Source: the human T2T-CHM13v2.0 reference genome, Homo sapiens
DNA: 64,000 bases
Assembly: GCF_009914755.1 (NCBI RefSeq)
Contig: NC_060926.1
Strand: one strand, 5' to 3'
Part shown: positions 43,879-56,682 of the stretch, in pieces
Numbering within the stretch: the first letter of the stretch is position 1
Layout: the number at the start of each line of letters is the position of its first letter
Made by a program: the position numbers and the translations under genes
The notes under the pieces: model-generated
Told to the model about the DNA's origin: nothing
What the model saw: only the letters and a program-made list of their open reading frames with translations
Database searches by the model: none

Positions 43879-45483
43879 GACAATGGTGGGAGCTCAGGCC
43901 CCACGGAGCAGGCGGCCTGGAGGTACTCACAGACTCATCAGGCCATCCTGGGGCCCTTTGGGGAGCTGCTGACAGAGGATGACCTGGTCTACCTGGAGAA
44001 GCAGATTGCAGACCTGCAGCTTCGGCGCCGCTGTCAGGAGTATGAGAGTGAGCTGGGCCGGTTGGCGGCTGAGCTGCAGGCCCTGCTGCCCGAGCCCCTG
44101 GTCAGCATCACGGTCAACAGCCACTTCCTGCCCCGGGCGCCCGGACTGGAGGTTGAGGAGGCCTCAATCCCAGCGGCTGAGCCCGCAGGGTCTGCGGAGG
44201 CCTCAGAGGTGGCCCCCGGGGTGCAGCCCCTGCCCTTCTGGTGCAGCCACATCTCCCGCCTGGTACGCAGCCTGTCCCTGCTGCTGAAGGGCGTGCATGG
44301 GCTAGTACAGGGGGATGAGAAGCCATCCACCCGGCCCCTGCAGGACACCTGCAGGGAGGCCTCGGCCAGCCCCCCTCGGAGCGAGGCCCAGCGCCAGATC
44401 CAGGAGTGGGGGGTGTCTGTGCGGACGCTGCGGGGCAACTTCGAGTCGGCCTCTGGCCCACTCTGTGGCTTCAACCCTGGCCCCTGCGAGCCGGGGGCCC
44501 AGCACAGGCAGTGCCTGAGTGGCTGCTGGCCAGCCCTGCCTAAGCCCCGCAGTGGCCTGGCTTCAGGGGAGCCCAGGCCTGGCGACACAGAGGAGGCCAG
44601 CGACTCTGGCATCAGCTGCGAGGAGGTGCCATCAGAGGCGGGTGCCGCAGCCGGCCCAGACCTGGCCAGCCTGCGCAAGGAGCGCATCATCATGCTCTTC
44701 CTCAGCCACTGGAGGAGATCGGCCTACACGCCGGCCCTCAAGACAGTGGCCTGCAGGACCCTAGGAGCCCGCCACGCGGGGTTGCGGGGCCAGGAGGCCG
44801 CCAGGAGCCCTGGGCCACCCTCCCCGCCCAGCGAGGGCCCCCGGCTGGGCCACCTGTGGCAGCAGCGCAGCACCATCACCCACCTGCTGGGCAACTGGAA
44901 GGCCATCATGGCTCACGTGCCCGCCCGGCAGCTGCGGCGGCTGAGCCGGCAGCCCCGCGGGGCTTTGTCCCCCGAGCAGTTCCTGCCCCACGTGGACGGG
45001 GCTCCGGTGCCCTACAGCAGCCTCTCACTGGATCTCTTCATGCTGGGTTACTTCCAGCTGCTGGAGTGCGACCTGCCGGCGGAGGAGCGGAAGCTGCGCC
45101 ACCTGCTGTGCTTCGAGGTCTTCGAGCACCTGGGCACCCACGGCTGGGAGGCTGTGCGCGCCTTCCACAAGGCCGTGACCGACGAGGTGGCCGCCGGCCG
45201 CCGGGCCTGGACCGACGGCTTCGAGGACATCAAAGCCCGCTTCTTTGGCTCCAGCCAGCGTCCCGCCTGGGATACGGAGCCTGGCCGCAAGTCAGGTCTG
45301 ACCCTGCTCGGGCCCCTGCCTCACGCCGCCGTCCCCTGCAGCGGCCCTGAGCCCACAGCACAGCGGCTGGGGTCCCGCTCCCAGCAGGGCAGCTTCAACG
45401 GTGAGGACATCTGCGGCTACATCAACCGCAGCTTTGCCTTCTGGAAGGAGAAGGAAGCTGAGATGTTCAACTTTGGAGAATGA
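43879..45483 (+). CDS. ESPNL: Espin-like protein exon 9 (C-terminal 534 aa, stop TGA)
   Basis: cccAG acceptor and long open frame; the nine exons sum to 1005 aa. Confidence 0.97.
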   Translation, partial: DNGGSSGPTEQAAWRYSQTHQAILGPFGELLTEDDLVYLEKQIADLQLRRRCQEYESELGRLAAELQALLPEPLVSITVNSHFLPRAPGLEVEEASIPAAEPAGSAEASEVAPGVQPLPFWCSHISRLVRSLSLLLKGVHGLVQGDEKPSTRPLQDTCREASASPPRSEAQRQIQEWGVSVRTLRGNFESASGPLCGFNPGPCEPGAQHRQCLSGCWPALPKPRSGLASGEPRPGDTEEASDSGISCEEVPSEAGAAAGPDLASLRKERIIMLFLSHWRRSAYTPALKTVACRTLGARHAGLRGQEAARSPGPPSPPSEGPRLGHLWQQRSTITHLLGNWKAIMAHVPARQLRRLSRQPRGALSPEQFLPHVDGAPVPYSSLSLDLFMLGYFQLLECDLPAEERKLRHLLCFEVFEHLGTHGWEAVRAFHKAVTDEVAAGRRAWTDGFEDIKARFFGSSQRPAWDTEPGRKSGLTLLGPLPHAAVPCSGPEPTAQRLGSRSQQGSFNGEDICGYINRSFAFWKEKEAEMFNFGE

Positions 45484-47013
45484 CCCTACTGGCAGCCTGC
45501 TTTCCAGAATGTGGTTTGGGGGTGACTTGGAGTTTCTCTTTTCTTTTCCTTGCTCACACCCTTGGTGTTCAGGTGAGCCGGGCAAGGCTGCCTCCAGTCC
45601 TACCAGTTATCGGAGGCTGCGGGACTGTTCTGTTGTGGCATGGTTCTCCTCCGAGCTGGGACTCAGACTCCTTCTCACCACTGCACCCAGGAAGCCCCTT
45701 GGCAGGTCCTGAAGTGAGGCAATGGGCCACCCCAGTCCAGGGCACCTCTGCCCAGCCGGCCCCCGAGACCTGGGATGCTGCCTGTTTCTCACTTGTCCTT
45801 CCCCAGTGTCACCAGTTCCCTTGGCGTCCTGTCCCTCAGTTTCTGTGGTGCTGGTGGCCTCGGCCACATCCATCTTTCATGTGAGTCTGAGGTGGCCCCA
45901 GGCCCTGGTCCTGCCCCTGTTTCTCCTGCTGACCTTGGGTCACACCCCTTCACCTCCCATCTGTGAATTTGGGGGAGCTGGAGTGATTCCGAGGACAGAT
46001 TCCATGGGCAGGAGGCCTTCCTGCCAGGCCATCCCTGCTGGTCACACACCGATGCCCGCCAGGCCAGTGCCCCAGCCCAGGGTGCTCCGGAGGCCCTGCT
46101 TCCTCAAAGGAGGCTCCCCATGGGGCCCCTGTCCTCCAGCCTGACCAGCCCTGGCCTAGTCGTGGGCCCCAGCAAGGCTGGAGAGCAGGGACGTGGGAGT
46201 AGCAGTGGCTGAGAGAGTCCTCCAGGCAGGGTGGCTGGTGCCCACTCTCAAAGGCTGCTGCACACAGAGGAGAATGCCGGCAGGGGTGGGCAGCAGCCAG
46301 ACCTCAGTGGGGCGTGGATACTCCGTGAGGGCACCTGGGTGTCACCCACAGTGCACCTCTTCACAGGGGCCTGGGTACTGGAGGGAGGGATACAGGAAGG
46401 GAGATGGATTCCGTCCTCGGGGGCTCTGGGTGCTGCGGAGTATTCCTGGGCATGGTGCTGGGCATGGCTGGCATAGGGTGTGGCTTGTCCCCAGCTTCTG
46501 ATGGCAGCCAGGAGAATGGGTCATCACCCAGGCTCTGGGGCTGAGGAGGGCTGGGCCCAAGCCCACAGGGACTTTGGAGGTGGGGCTCTGCAGCTGTGAG
46601 ATGGCCCAGCAGGGAGTGGCAGGGACGGGAGGCTTCAGGAATATTCCTCCTGGCATCCAGGCCCCCTGGGACAGAGGAGGGTGCAGTCAGGCGACAGGCT
46701 TATCAGGACTCCCTGCCTCAATCCCTGGGGATTGTCCAGGCAAAACCTGGAGGGCAGCGGGCAAGCTGTTGGATGGAACAGAGAGACCCTCGCAGCTGAC
46801 TAGGGCCCAAGGGGACGGACACTCAAGAAGATGTAAAATTGGGAGGGGTGGTATTGGCCATTGGGGCAGGCAGGGCCGGGAAGGGAAGTAGCACCGGCCG
46901 CAGCCCCAAGCCAGTGGCTTTTCCACAAGGGCCTATCCTGCAGCCGGCCCGCTCCGGCTTCCTCCACTGCTGAAGACCCTGCTGTAGAGCTGAAGCTGAA
47001 CATGTGTTTGCTA

Positions 47014-47019
47014 AATAAA
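47014..47019 (+). terminator. ESPNL: ESPNL polyadenylation signal AATAAA
   Basis: AATAAA about 1.5 kb after the stop, followed by a TG-rich downstream element. Confidence 0.8.
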
Positions 47020-47329
47020 GATTCCCATTCCTAGCGCACCCCCTCTCTTGCACTTGTTGTTCACCCATCCCTGAGAGCCGCCTACGCCCTCACAGAGCCC
47101 GGTACCAAACCCGAGTCCTCAGCTCAGCTCTGCCGAAATACCAGGGCCATTGTCCTTAGTCCCTCAGAGCCTCTGGTTTCTCATTTGCAGCTTGGGATGC
47201 ATGCGGACCTCATGCTCCTGGGATTGTGGTGAAGGAGGATGCAGGTCCCACATGGGAGGGGCCTCTGTGCTGGGGAAACAGCATCGTCTCAGACACTCAC
47301 CAACGTGCAGCCAGCATTTCAGAGTTCCT

Positions 47330-47585
47330 TCTCTTTGTTTCTTTCTTCCCTTTTTTCCTTTCTTTCTTCCTTTCTTTCCTTCATTTTCTTTTCTTTCTTT
47401 CTCTTTTTCTTTTCTTTTCTGTAGATTCAGTGGCTGAATCTACAGGTGTCAGCCACCATGCCCAGCTAATTTCTTTTTATTTTTTGTAGGGACAAAGTCT
47501 TGCTATGTTGCCCAGGCTGGTCTTGAACTCCTGGGCTCAAGCAGTCTGCGCGCCTCAGCCTCTCAAAGTGCTGGGATTACAGGTG
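47330..47585 (-). mobile_element. CT-rich tract plus partial antisense Alu
   Basis: (CTTT)n-like tract followed by a reverse Alu left arm. Confidence 0.8.
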
Positions 47586-48685
47586 TTTCTGAGCTGCTTC
47601 TAACGAGCAGGGCACTGGGAGCAGCCAGGAGCATCCTGAACGCTGCCTCTCAGTCAGTGGGGCCCTGGCTCTTGGCCACAACACGCCCCCAGTGGAGACA
47701 GAGCAGGGCTGCTCCACCCAGTGCGGTCACTGCCCAGGGCTGGCAGAGGGCAAGGGGCAGCAGGTGGGTCTAGGGAGAGCCCTTGGCTGGGGGCATCAGA
47801 AGGTTTGGGCGCTGCAGTGTCTCCTGAGATCCCCTCATGCACCAGCTGCTGGCAATGTTGTTCTGAGGGCCCTGACAGAGGAGGGGGCTGGAGGCAGGGG
47901 CAGCAGGCCTCAGGTCACTCCCTGGCCGAGGGTGCTCAAGAGAGAGCACTGGGCAGGGAGTCGGCCCTCCTGGCTCCGGCTGTCCCTGCCCACTCGCTAT
48001 GCCCTTGGGCAAGTCCTCCATAGCCTCCAGGCCTCAGTTTCCCAGCTGAGGAGCTGGATCAAGGCCAGCAGGGGACACACACATCAGGGGTCCCAGGAGA
48101 GCCTGGGGTGGGATGAGCCAGGCGAGGGGTGAGATGTGGCTCAGATCCAGGCTAGGCCCCTGGAGTGCTGCTGGGGTGACCCCTAAATGACCTTCTGCCA
48201 ACACCCTGCCTCTGGGGGAGCTGCCCCAGGGATTCTGATTCCCTTGGCCTGGGGTAGGTCTGGAAAGCTGGGGTTTTAACACATTCCAGGCGGCTCCGAT
48301 TCCCAGCAGCTGGCACCCGTGGCCCACCAGCAGCTCACCTGTGGGAAGCACGTGTCCCCGGGGGCAGGCAGGCACTGGCCCCTGCGCCACCACACTCACA
48401 GCTGTAGGGCCCATTTGGTGCCTATAAATCTGTTGTTCAATTGACAAAAGACTCACTGAGGACCAGAGACGGAATCTACAGCACCCCGGAGGTGCCGATG
48501 TCAGTGAGGTGGTCACACGCAAAGCAAAGGCGCAAAGCCTGGGGGCTTCCCATGAGTCAGAAACATCCAGGAGAAAGGGAGCCCCGTGTCCCCAGTCCAT
48601 AGATGGCAGGATGGAGATGTGGAAAAACAGAAACCCTCCCCAAGGGCGGTGCTGGAACCCCAGCTTCTCCCTCGCAGCTGGGTCA

Positions 48686-49546
<861 letters not shown>

Positions 49547-49939
49547 ACTGTGTGAGTGAGCTCCCCTCTGCTGGGCTGGGGGCCTTCCAGCTGTGAGGAT
49601 GTCCCAGGCTGGGTCCGCATATCAGTCTGCCCCCTTCTCGGGGGCCTTACAGCCCTGCACAGCACCTCTCACTCCATCTGGGGTGATTTGGGGCCTGGGT
49701 TCCATCGGGCTGACCTTGTTTCCCTTTCACCAGCACTCTCACACGTCAGACGGCCCCTCCTTCCCTGCGGACTTGCCGTGGCACCGCTTTCTGTGCATTG
49801 GCTGTTGGGATTTGTTTATTCTTGGGTCAAAACCACCTTGTTTGATGGCATTTTACGCTGTAATGATGACATCTTCGTATCTGAGATGGAAGCCCCCCCT
49901 TGCTCTGCTGTTTACATGTTTTTGTCTGCTGTACTAGTG

Positions 49940-50313
49940 ACCTAGTGCTGCATAGTCAACTGCCTGAAATCCAATGTCCTTGAACAGCACACACGCATGG
50001 TCACACGCATCGTCTCTCAGTTTCTCCTCGGGAGCACGTGTGTGGGGTGGCTGCACCTCAGGATGTCTCAGGAGGGTCCCATGAAGTGCTCAGCCCAACT
50101 GCAGTCATCGGAAGCCTGGCCTGGGGCGGGAGGGTCTGCGGGCTGGGACTATAGGTGTGCACCGCCACTACTCCTGGCTAATTGTTGTGTTTTTAGTAGA
50201 GATGGGGTTTCACTATGTCGGCCAGGCTGATCTCAAACTCCTGACCTCAGGTGATCCACCCGCCTCAGCCTCCCAAAGTGCTGGGATTACAGGCATGAGC
50301 CACCACGCCCGGC
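49940..50313. mobile_element. MLT1-like MaLR LTR fragment (to about 50140) joined to a partial antisense Alu (50143-50313)
   Basis: ctgcagtcatcggaagcctggcctggggcgggagg resembles an MLT1 consensus; Alu arm is clear. Confidence 0.6.
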
Positions 50314-50974
50314 AGAAATTCAAAATCTTCAAGTGCTGATCCCATCAGAAACACCCACAATATAACAAGGTGTGAGGAAAGGGCGCTGACCCACACACGC
50401 AGGCAGGCTCATTTTGACAACAGGAAAGAGCTGGAAGCATACTAATGGCAAATGATCTTTTACTAATGACACTTTCTGCTTTTTATTTTTCTGTTTTCCA
50501 AAAGGAACTTGTGTTATTTTTATCCTCATAAAAAGAAACAAGTGGTGTATTTTTAAAAACTGCGCCACTCAGTAGCAATCTCTTGATGGAGGATCTGTTT
50601 TGCGCCCCCGGTGTTGAGTTTCCCAGACTGACCTGTCATCTGAGGTGCTGGGGCTCCGAGCCCCACGACGGCTGCTGTGAGGCCTCCACACTTGGCAAGC
50701 AGTGCTGTTCCCCGAGCAGAGCCAGCTCCCCGTGACAGCAGCCTGTCATCAGAATCCCCTGTCCTCATTTCCTCCAGCCCGAGCCAGGACTGCAAACAAG
50801 GGGGACAGTACGGAAACCCAACACTCTAGCGCCCACCCCATAGTGGTCCTGGACACAGCGAGAGTTGGGGTCCTCCATGAGGGTCCCCCACACAACATGA
50901 GGCTGATGCCCAAGGCTGGGGAAAAACCCTGGGACAGTGTGGGACACGAGCAGGGGAAAGAGCAGGAGCAGGGG

Positions 50975-51240
50975 CCAGGCTGGGCTGGGCTACGGCTGGG
51001 CTACGGCTGGACTATGGCTGAGCTGGGCTGGGCTATGGCTGGGCTATGGTTGGGCAATAGCTGAGCTGGACTGGGCTATGGCTGGGCTATGGTTGGGCAA
51101 TAGCTGAGCTGGACTGGGCTATGGCTGGGCTATGGTTGGGCAATAGCTGAGCTGGGCTGGGCTATGGCTGGGCTATGGTTGGGCAATAGCTGAGCTGGGC
51201 TGAGCTATGGCTGGGCTATGGCTGGGCCAGGCTGGGCTGT
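50975..51240. repeat. GGCTGGGCTAT-based minisatellite with a 43-bp higher-order unit
   Basis: Repeated ggctgggctatggttgggcaatagctgagctgg. Confidence 0.9.
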
Positions 51241-52371
51241 AGAGGAAGCATGGACTCAGGGAATCTCTATGGAAGGTAACCCTAAGGGCACCTTGCAGAC
51301 TTGGCAGTAATTTGTAGGTGAGCTTCCCCTCCATAGGCTGTGTGCATCTCAGGACCAGGAGTGGGGTTCTGTCTCCCTGGGGGCCGCCTGGACCTCTCTG
51401 GTCTGTAAGAGCATTAGGACAATCCCTAGTAGCATCAAGAGGCCACAGCCAGACCCAATACTCCCCAGTTCCTCCAGGTCGCAGCACACCTGGAAATGGT
51501 CATACTGCTCAGGCCCACATGGCCGATGGGTAGAGGGCTGAGGGCTGAGGGCTTCTCTCCCATGCACCTGAAGTCCCTCAGCCACAAAGCTCTGCTCTGG
51601 TCACTGGTGTGAGAAATGTCCAGTGGCCTCTTGGGTCCCCAACTCAACCCACCTGACCTTGGTCAGGGCCTGTGGTTCTGAGCCCATTTCAGTCCCAGGC
51701 GTGAGAGCTTCCCCCTGCGACTACCGTGAACCAAGTGCTGGACGGGAGGCTGATAGTCCACTGCTGTATTTTTAGGTGACCCTGTTTCTTAGCCGTCCTG
51801 GGCAGCCCCGAGGCCAAGGCCATGGGGTAGCAGGGCAAGGAGCCCCAAGATCTCCCCTATCCACGCTAGCTGGGCGGGGCAACTGAGTGTGGCACCTCCC
51901 CTCTCTGGGCAAAGTTTCCCTACCGCCACCATGGACCCCAAGCTCGGAAAGCCTCTGCTGACCAACCTGTGCTTATTCATGATAATCACGTTTTCCCACG
52001 TGACAACAGAACAAGAGGACACATAGGTGCCGCTGACATCAACAGCGAGGGCAGCACCTGTCGGTGTCCTGGCCCTGGGCTGAGGGTCTCTGTGACCCCA
52101 GGCCCCCACCACGGGCTCCACTGTACTCAACTTGTAGACGAGGAAACAGGTGGGGAAGCTGCATCCCTGCCCCCACCAGCCAGCCCAACCGCGACAGCTT
52201 TCACCTGTCCTTGCCCTGGAGCCCTTCCTGATGTCTGTCCTAGGCCACAAGTCCCTGGAAGGCCTCAGTGGGCTTTCTGAGCTAACAGTCACCAAGGAGC
52301 CGGCATCTCACTCCTTCCCCCACCAGCCCAGCCCTCACTGCCTGACCCTCCCCTCGCCCTGCAGACAGAGG

Positions 52372-52509
52372 CTAAAAATACCCTCCCCACGTGGCCACCA
52401 GACCAGCCCTGCCCCGCCCTGCAGGCCTCCGTGTCCCCTGGCTGCCGGCTAGGCAGTCCTGCTCTCTCGGGTCTGTGTTCTCAGCTTCGAGGTCCAGGCT
52501 GAGTGAGAG
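52372..52509 (+). promoter_or_regulatory. KLHL30: Probable KLHL30 promoter and short non-coding exon 1
   Basis: MEF2/TATA-like CTAAAAATAC (52372-52381), E-box CACGTG (52388-52393), donor GAG|GTAGGA at 52510 that can splice to the acceptor before 54436; TSS not determinable. Confidence 0.6.
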
Positions 52510-53499
52510 GTAGGATCCAGGGGGCTCTGGGGCAGGGGACAGCAGAGAGGGCAGGGGGAACCCAGCCAGGAGCAGCGGGGAGGGTGGGTTAGGCCCCCGA
52601 GGCCAGGGATCACAGCAGGGTGCTTTGGAGACGCCCCCTGGCCCTTGCCAGCGGCCAAGCCAGGCTCCTCAGGGTGGGGGCTCAGGAGACAGGTTTCCCT
52701 CCATGTCCCAGCCGGAGAGGTGGGAGGGGGAGGCTGGGCCACCCCTCAGATGGCAGCCAGGGCCACTCAGCCACAGTCGCCAGCCTGGCTGGGCTCAGGC
52801 CTTTTGTTGTCCTGCCCACTCGGCTTCCTCACTCCGGGCCTGGGCAGGCACTGGGGTGAGGCTCTGAGACCCTCAGGAAGCCCCGACCCATGCAGGGACT
52901 GCAGGGTGACAGGTGTCAGCAGGCACCCCGAGGCCCCCAGGGGAAGTGGGGGCGCTCATGCGTGCCTGCCCATCGCCCGGCAGCAGCTGGCCCAAGGGAG
53001 CACAACAATGACGGGAATGTGAGGCCTGCAGGCGGTGGCCCAGGGACAGCCCTGTCACCTACTCAGGCCCCAGCTCATCTCCCGGCTGCCCAGGGAGGGC
53101 AGAGCCGCCTTCACCGGGGCCAGCGCCTCCTGGGGAGGGGCCAGGCAGGAACCCCATGCATGCAGTGTTGGGTGGGTACTTCGTGTACCGGCCGGGATGC
53201 TGGGGTGTGGGGCCCCGGCCACGTGAGCTGCCCTGTGCGCGAGCCCGGGTTGGTCCGCGAGGCCCTGTGGGCTCCCAGGTGCTTCCCCGCTCTGGGGTCA
53301 AGAGGTGGCACCGGGGTCGGGAAGTCGGGGAGCCCTAGCTCCCACCGCCTGCACCTGTACCTGCACCGTGGCTGCCCGGGCCAGATTCTTGGCCTCCTGG
53401 TTCTCCAGCTGAGCTTTGTCATTTCCATGCGTGGCGTTCCCACGCATTTTGTACCTGTGGACGCGCGGCCGCCTCTCCTGCCCGGGATGGCCCCGCGAG

Positions 53500-53514
53500 G
53501 CGCCCCCTAGCGGG
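53500..53514. promoter_or_regulatory. CTCF-like motif in a CpG-rich patch of KLHL30 intron 1
   Basis: GCGCCCCCTAGCGGG closely matches the CTCF core GCGCCCCCTAGTGG. Confidence 0.65.
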
Positions 53515-53769
53515 CGAACGGCCTCTCCGCTGCGCAGCCTTTCGCCCTGGGGTGACCCGGGTCGAAGGCTTGTGCACAGACTTGATCTCTCCTAGGGATG
53601 GTTGTCTTAGGGTGCGATACCAGAAGGACATAAACCACATGCACATAATTACATGAGCCTGAAAGCGGCCTTGCTGACTTCAACCATGCGGGCGTGGTGA
53701 CGCGAAACCCTCCAGAACGCTGCCTTTGGCTGGCCGTTTCTGTTTAGCAGCCTCCACCCGGCCACGTGG

Positions 53770-53995
53770 AATGCAGGGTTCAGAGCCTGGGCCCCCAAGC
53801 CTAGCTCTGAGTTCAAATTCCAGCTCCACCACTTCCTAAATGTGTGATCTTGGGCAAGTGACTGAAACCTTCTGTGCCTCAGTCTCCCCAGCTGTAAAAG
53901 AGGCAATGATTGCACCCACCCTCCAGGACTGTTGTGGGGCTGAGTGGTGAATGCACAGCTTCTCTGCATGCTTGGCACGTGGCCTGGCACCTGGG
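53770..53995 (+). mobile_element. MIR (further MIR fragments near 54180-54300, 57130-57270 and 57900-58060)
   Basis: tgtgtgatcttgggcaagtgact...ctgtgcctcagtctccccagctgtaaaa MIR core. Confidence 0.8.
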
Positions 53996-54505
53996 AGCAC
54001 CGCGGGAGCAGGAGCTGCTGCAGCCCCCAAATGGCCTCCCCAGCAATGTGGGATCTGGGACGGAGGACGCCTCCCGGGAGTTTGGGTGTCTCCGGGGTCC
54101 CTGGGGGGTGGGCTCAGTGTAGCCCAGGGTTGCGGATGACACCCAGGGCATGGGTTCTTTTGCCAACCCTGTTCTGCCCTGAATGCCTGGCCATGGGTAG
54201 GTCTCCCACCCTCTCTGAACCTCAATTTCCTCACTGCAAATGGGAATGACACCTGCCCTACCTTGCAGGGTTCTGGGGGTGGCTTGAGGCAGATGGGGGG
54301 TAAAGTGACTGGCATATGGTCGATGCCCATCCTGTGTTTATCAAGGGGTGGAAAGGGCTGATGGACAGACCGGGTGGGTTGCTCAGGAGGATGAGACCAT
54401 CCCCACTTGGCTGACCCTGCTCTCTTCTCTCCTAGGAGCTCGGGCGGCTCCAGGCACTTCTTCCCTTGAGTGGGTGGACTACTGAGGTCCCCTGGGCACG
54501 GCGTC

Positions 54506-55279
54506 ATGGTGCGGAACGTGGATGACCTGGATTTCCACCTGCCCTCGCATGCCCAGGACATGCTGGATGGCCTGCAGCGCCTGCGCTCTCAGCCCAAGCT
54601 GGCCGACGTCACACTGCTGGTGGGCGGCCGGGAGCTGCCATGCCACCGCAGCCTCCTGGCGCTCAGCAGCCCCTACTTCCATGCCATGTTTGCGGGTGAC
54701 TTCGCCGAGAGCTTCTCTGCGCGCGTGGAGCTGCGGGACGTGGAGCCCGCCGTGGTGGGACAACTGGTGGACTTCGTGTACACAGGCCGGCTGACCATCA
54801 CGCAGGGCAACGTGGAGGCGCTGACACGCACGGCTGCGCGCCTGCACTTCCCCTCGGTGCAGAAGGTCTGCGGCCGCTACCTGCAGCAGCAACTGGATGC
54901 CGCCAACTGCCTGGGCATCTGTGAGTTCGGGGAGCAGCAAGGGCTGCTGGGCGTGGCTGCCAAGGCCTGGGCCTTCCTGCGAGAGAACTTTGAGGCTGTG
55001 GCACGTGAGGACGAGTTCCTGCAGCTTCCCCGAGAGCGGCTGGTCACTTGTCTGGCCGGCGACCTGCTGCAGGTACAGCCGGAGCAAAGCCGACTCGAGG
55101 CCCTGATGCGCTGGGTGCGCCATGACCCGCAGGCCCGGGCCGTCCACCTGCCCGAGCTGCTCAGCCTAGTGCACCTGGACGCCGTGCCCAGGCCCTGCGT
55201 GCAGCAACTGCTGGCCTCAGAGCCCCTGATCCAGGAGTCAGAGGCATGCCGGGCAGCCCTGTCCCAGGGCCATGATGGG
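54506..55279 (+). CDS. KLHL30: Kelch-like 30 exon 2 coding part: BTB and BACK domains (exon starts 54436)
   Basis: gtcATGG start; DVTLLVGGRELPCHRxLLALSSPYFHAMF BTB signature; GGG|GTGAGT donor; 258 codons. Confidence 0.97.
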
Positions 55280-56549
55280 GTGAGTGAGCGGCTGGGAGGC
55301 CCCATCCCTGGGAAGCAGGGAGGAGAGCCCCAGAGACCCCACCTGAGTAGGGACAGAGTAAGGAGTGGACATTCCAAGGTGCACTCTGACCTTGCCACGC
55401 TCCTTGTTTTGGGCCAGTTCCCCATGAGGACATCACTATTCAGCCCTCAAGTGCAGATCATGCCTGTGTGTGTGTCACGCCCTGTGTGCAAGGGGCAGGG
55501 GAATGTGGAAGTGGTAAGATCTGGCCCTGTCCTGAAGGAGCCTGCAGCTCAGTGGGACAAGCCTGGAAACAGACCTCAGGCAGTGTGGAAGGGCCAAATA
55601 CATGCCTAGGACGCATTCTGGGTGGGCTGGCAGTCAAGGAGGGCTCTCTGGAGGAGGCAGCATCTGAGCTGGGCCTTAGAGGAGGGATAGGAGCTCACAA
55701 GGAGGAAAAGAGGGGAAAACCATCCAGGAAGGAGGTGCAGCTTGTGCACAGGCAAGGAGGCACAGACAGGCCTGGCAGTCCGCCTGAGCTTTTATGGGGT
55801 GCTACTTCCTGTTTGTGCTGGCAGTGTGCCTGGCAGGCATGGCAGGTCATGATGGAATGACAGGTCTGGGAGTGGCTGTTCGGTCAGCTGCCGGGCACCC
55901 TGCTCAGGGGCCTTGCTTCGGGGCACTCCTTTAGAGCCAAGTCCGGGGACAAAGAGTGGCTCAGACTGATGGTCCTCAGGCCAAGGGTGGAGTGAGTAGT
56001 GGGCTAAACCCTAACCCCTGTCCCCACTGGATTCCAGCCAGTCACAGAGCGCCCGGCCTCCTGCTGGAGCTGGCTTCAGAGCCTTGCCCGTGGACGGTCA
56101 CCTTGTATTCTAATTCCTGGCAGTGGGAGATCTGGGGGTTCCATATGGGGGGCCAGGGTGGATGGCTGTGGGAGAGCCTGGGGTCCTGGGAGACCTAGGC
56201 AGTGACTGCTTACCGGCCGTTCCTAAGACAGCCAGCATTTCCCACTGAGCCGGGACACCCTCGTGCCGCCTGCTGGAGGCCACCCAGGGAGCAGGGGCAG
56301 GGAGAAGCTTATGCGTGGCGCTGCGGACCTGCTATGGGATCGGTTCTGAAGATGGTTCAGGAACTCCAGGAATGCCCCTGAAAGGCACATGGTGCAAGGA
56401 GGGAGCAGCTTGTGCACTCGGGCACACGCCATCTCCAGCAACATGCAAGCACACATGCACTCACATGCTGAGGCCTGCCCAGGACACGCGGGGGCTCAGG
56501 GCATGGGGACACATTGCTGTTGCCCTGACCCTGGCCTCCCACCCCACAG

Positions 56550-56682
56550 GCACCACTCGCCCTCCAGCAGAAGCTGGAGGAGGTCCTGGTGGTGGTGGGC
56601 GGGCAGGCGCTGGAGGAGGAGGAGGCAGGTGAGGAGCCCACCCCCGGCCTTGGGAACTTCGCCTTCTACAACAGCAAGGCCA
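56550..56682 (+). CDS. KLHL30: Kelch-like 30 exon 3 (start of Kelch repeats)
   Basis: cacAG acceptor; EVLVVVGGQ; A|GTGAGT donor. Confidence 0.94.

Noticed and set aside
54470-54505. N-terminal extension of KLHL30 (and of ESPNL exon 9 from 43810) implied by the ORF track
   Set aside because: These ORF starts are non-ATG codons or intronic; the first in-frame ATG of KLHL30 is at 54506, and ESPNL exon 9 begins at the acceptor before 43879
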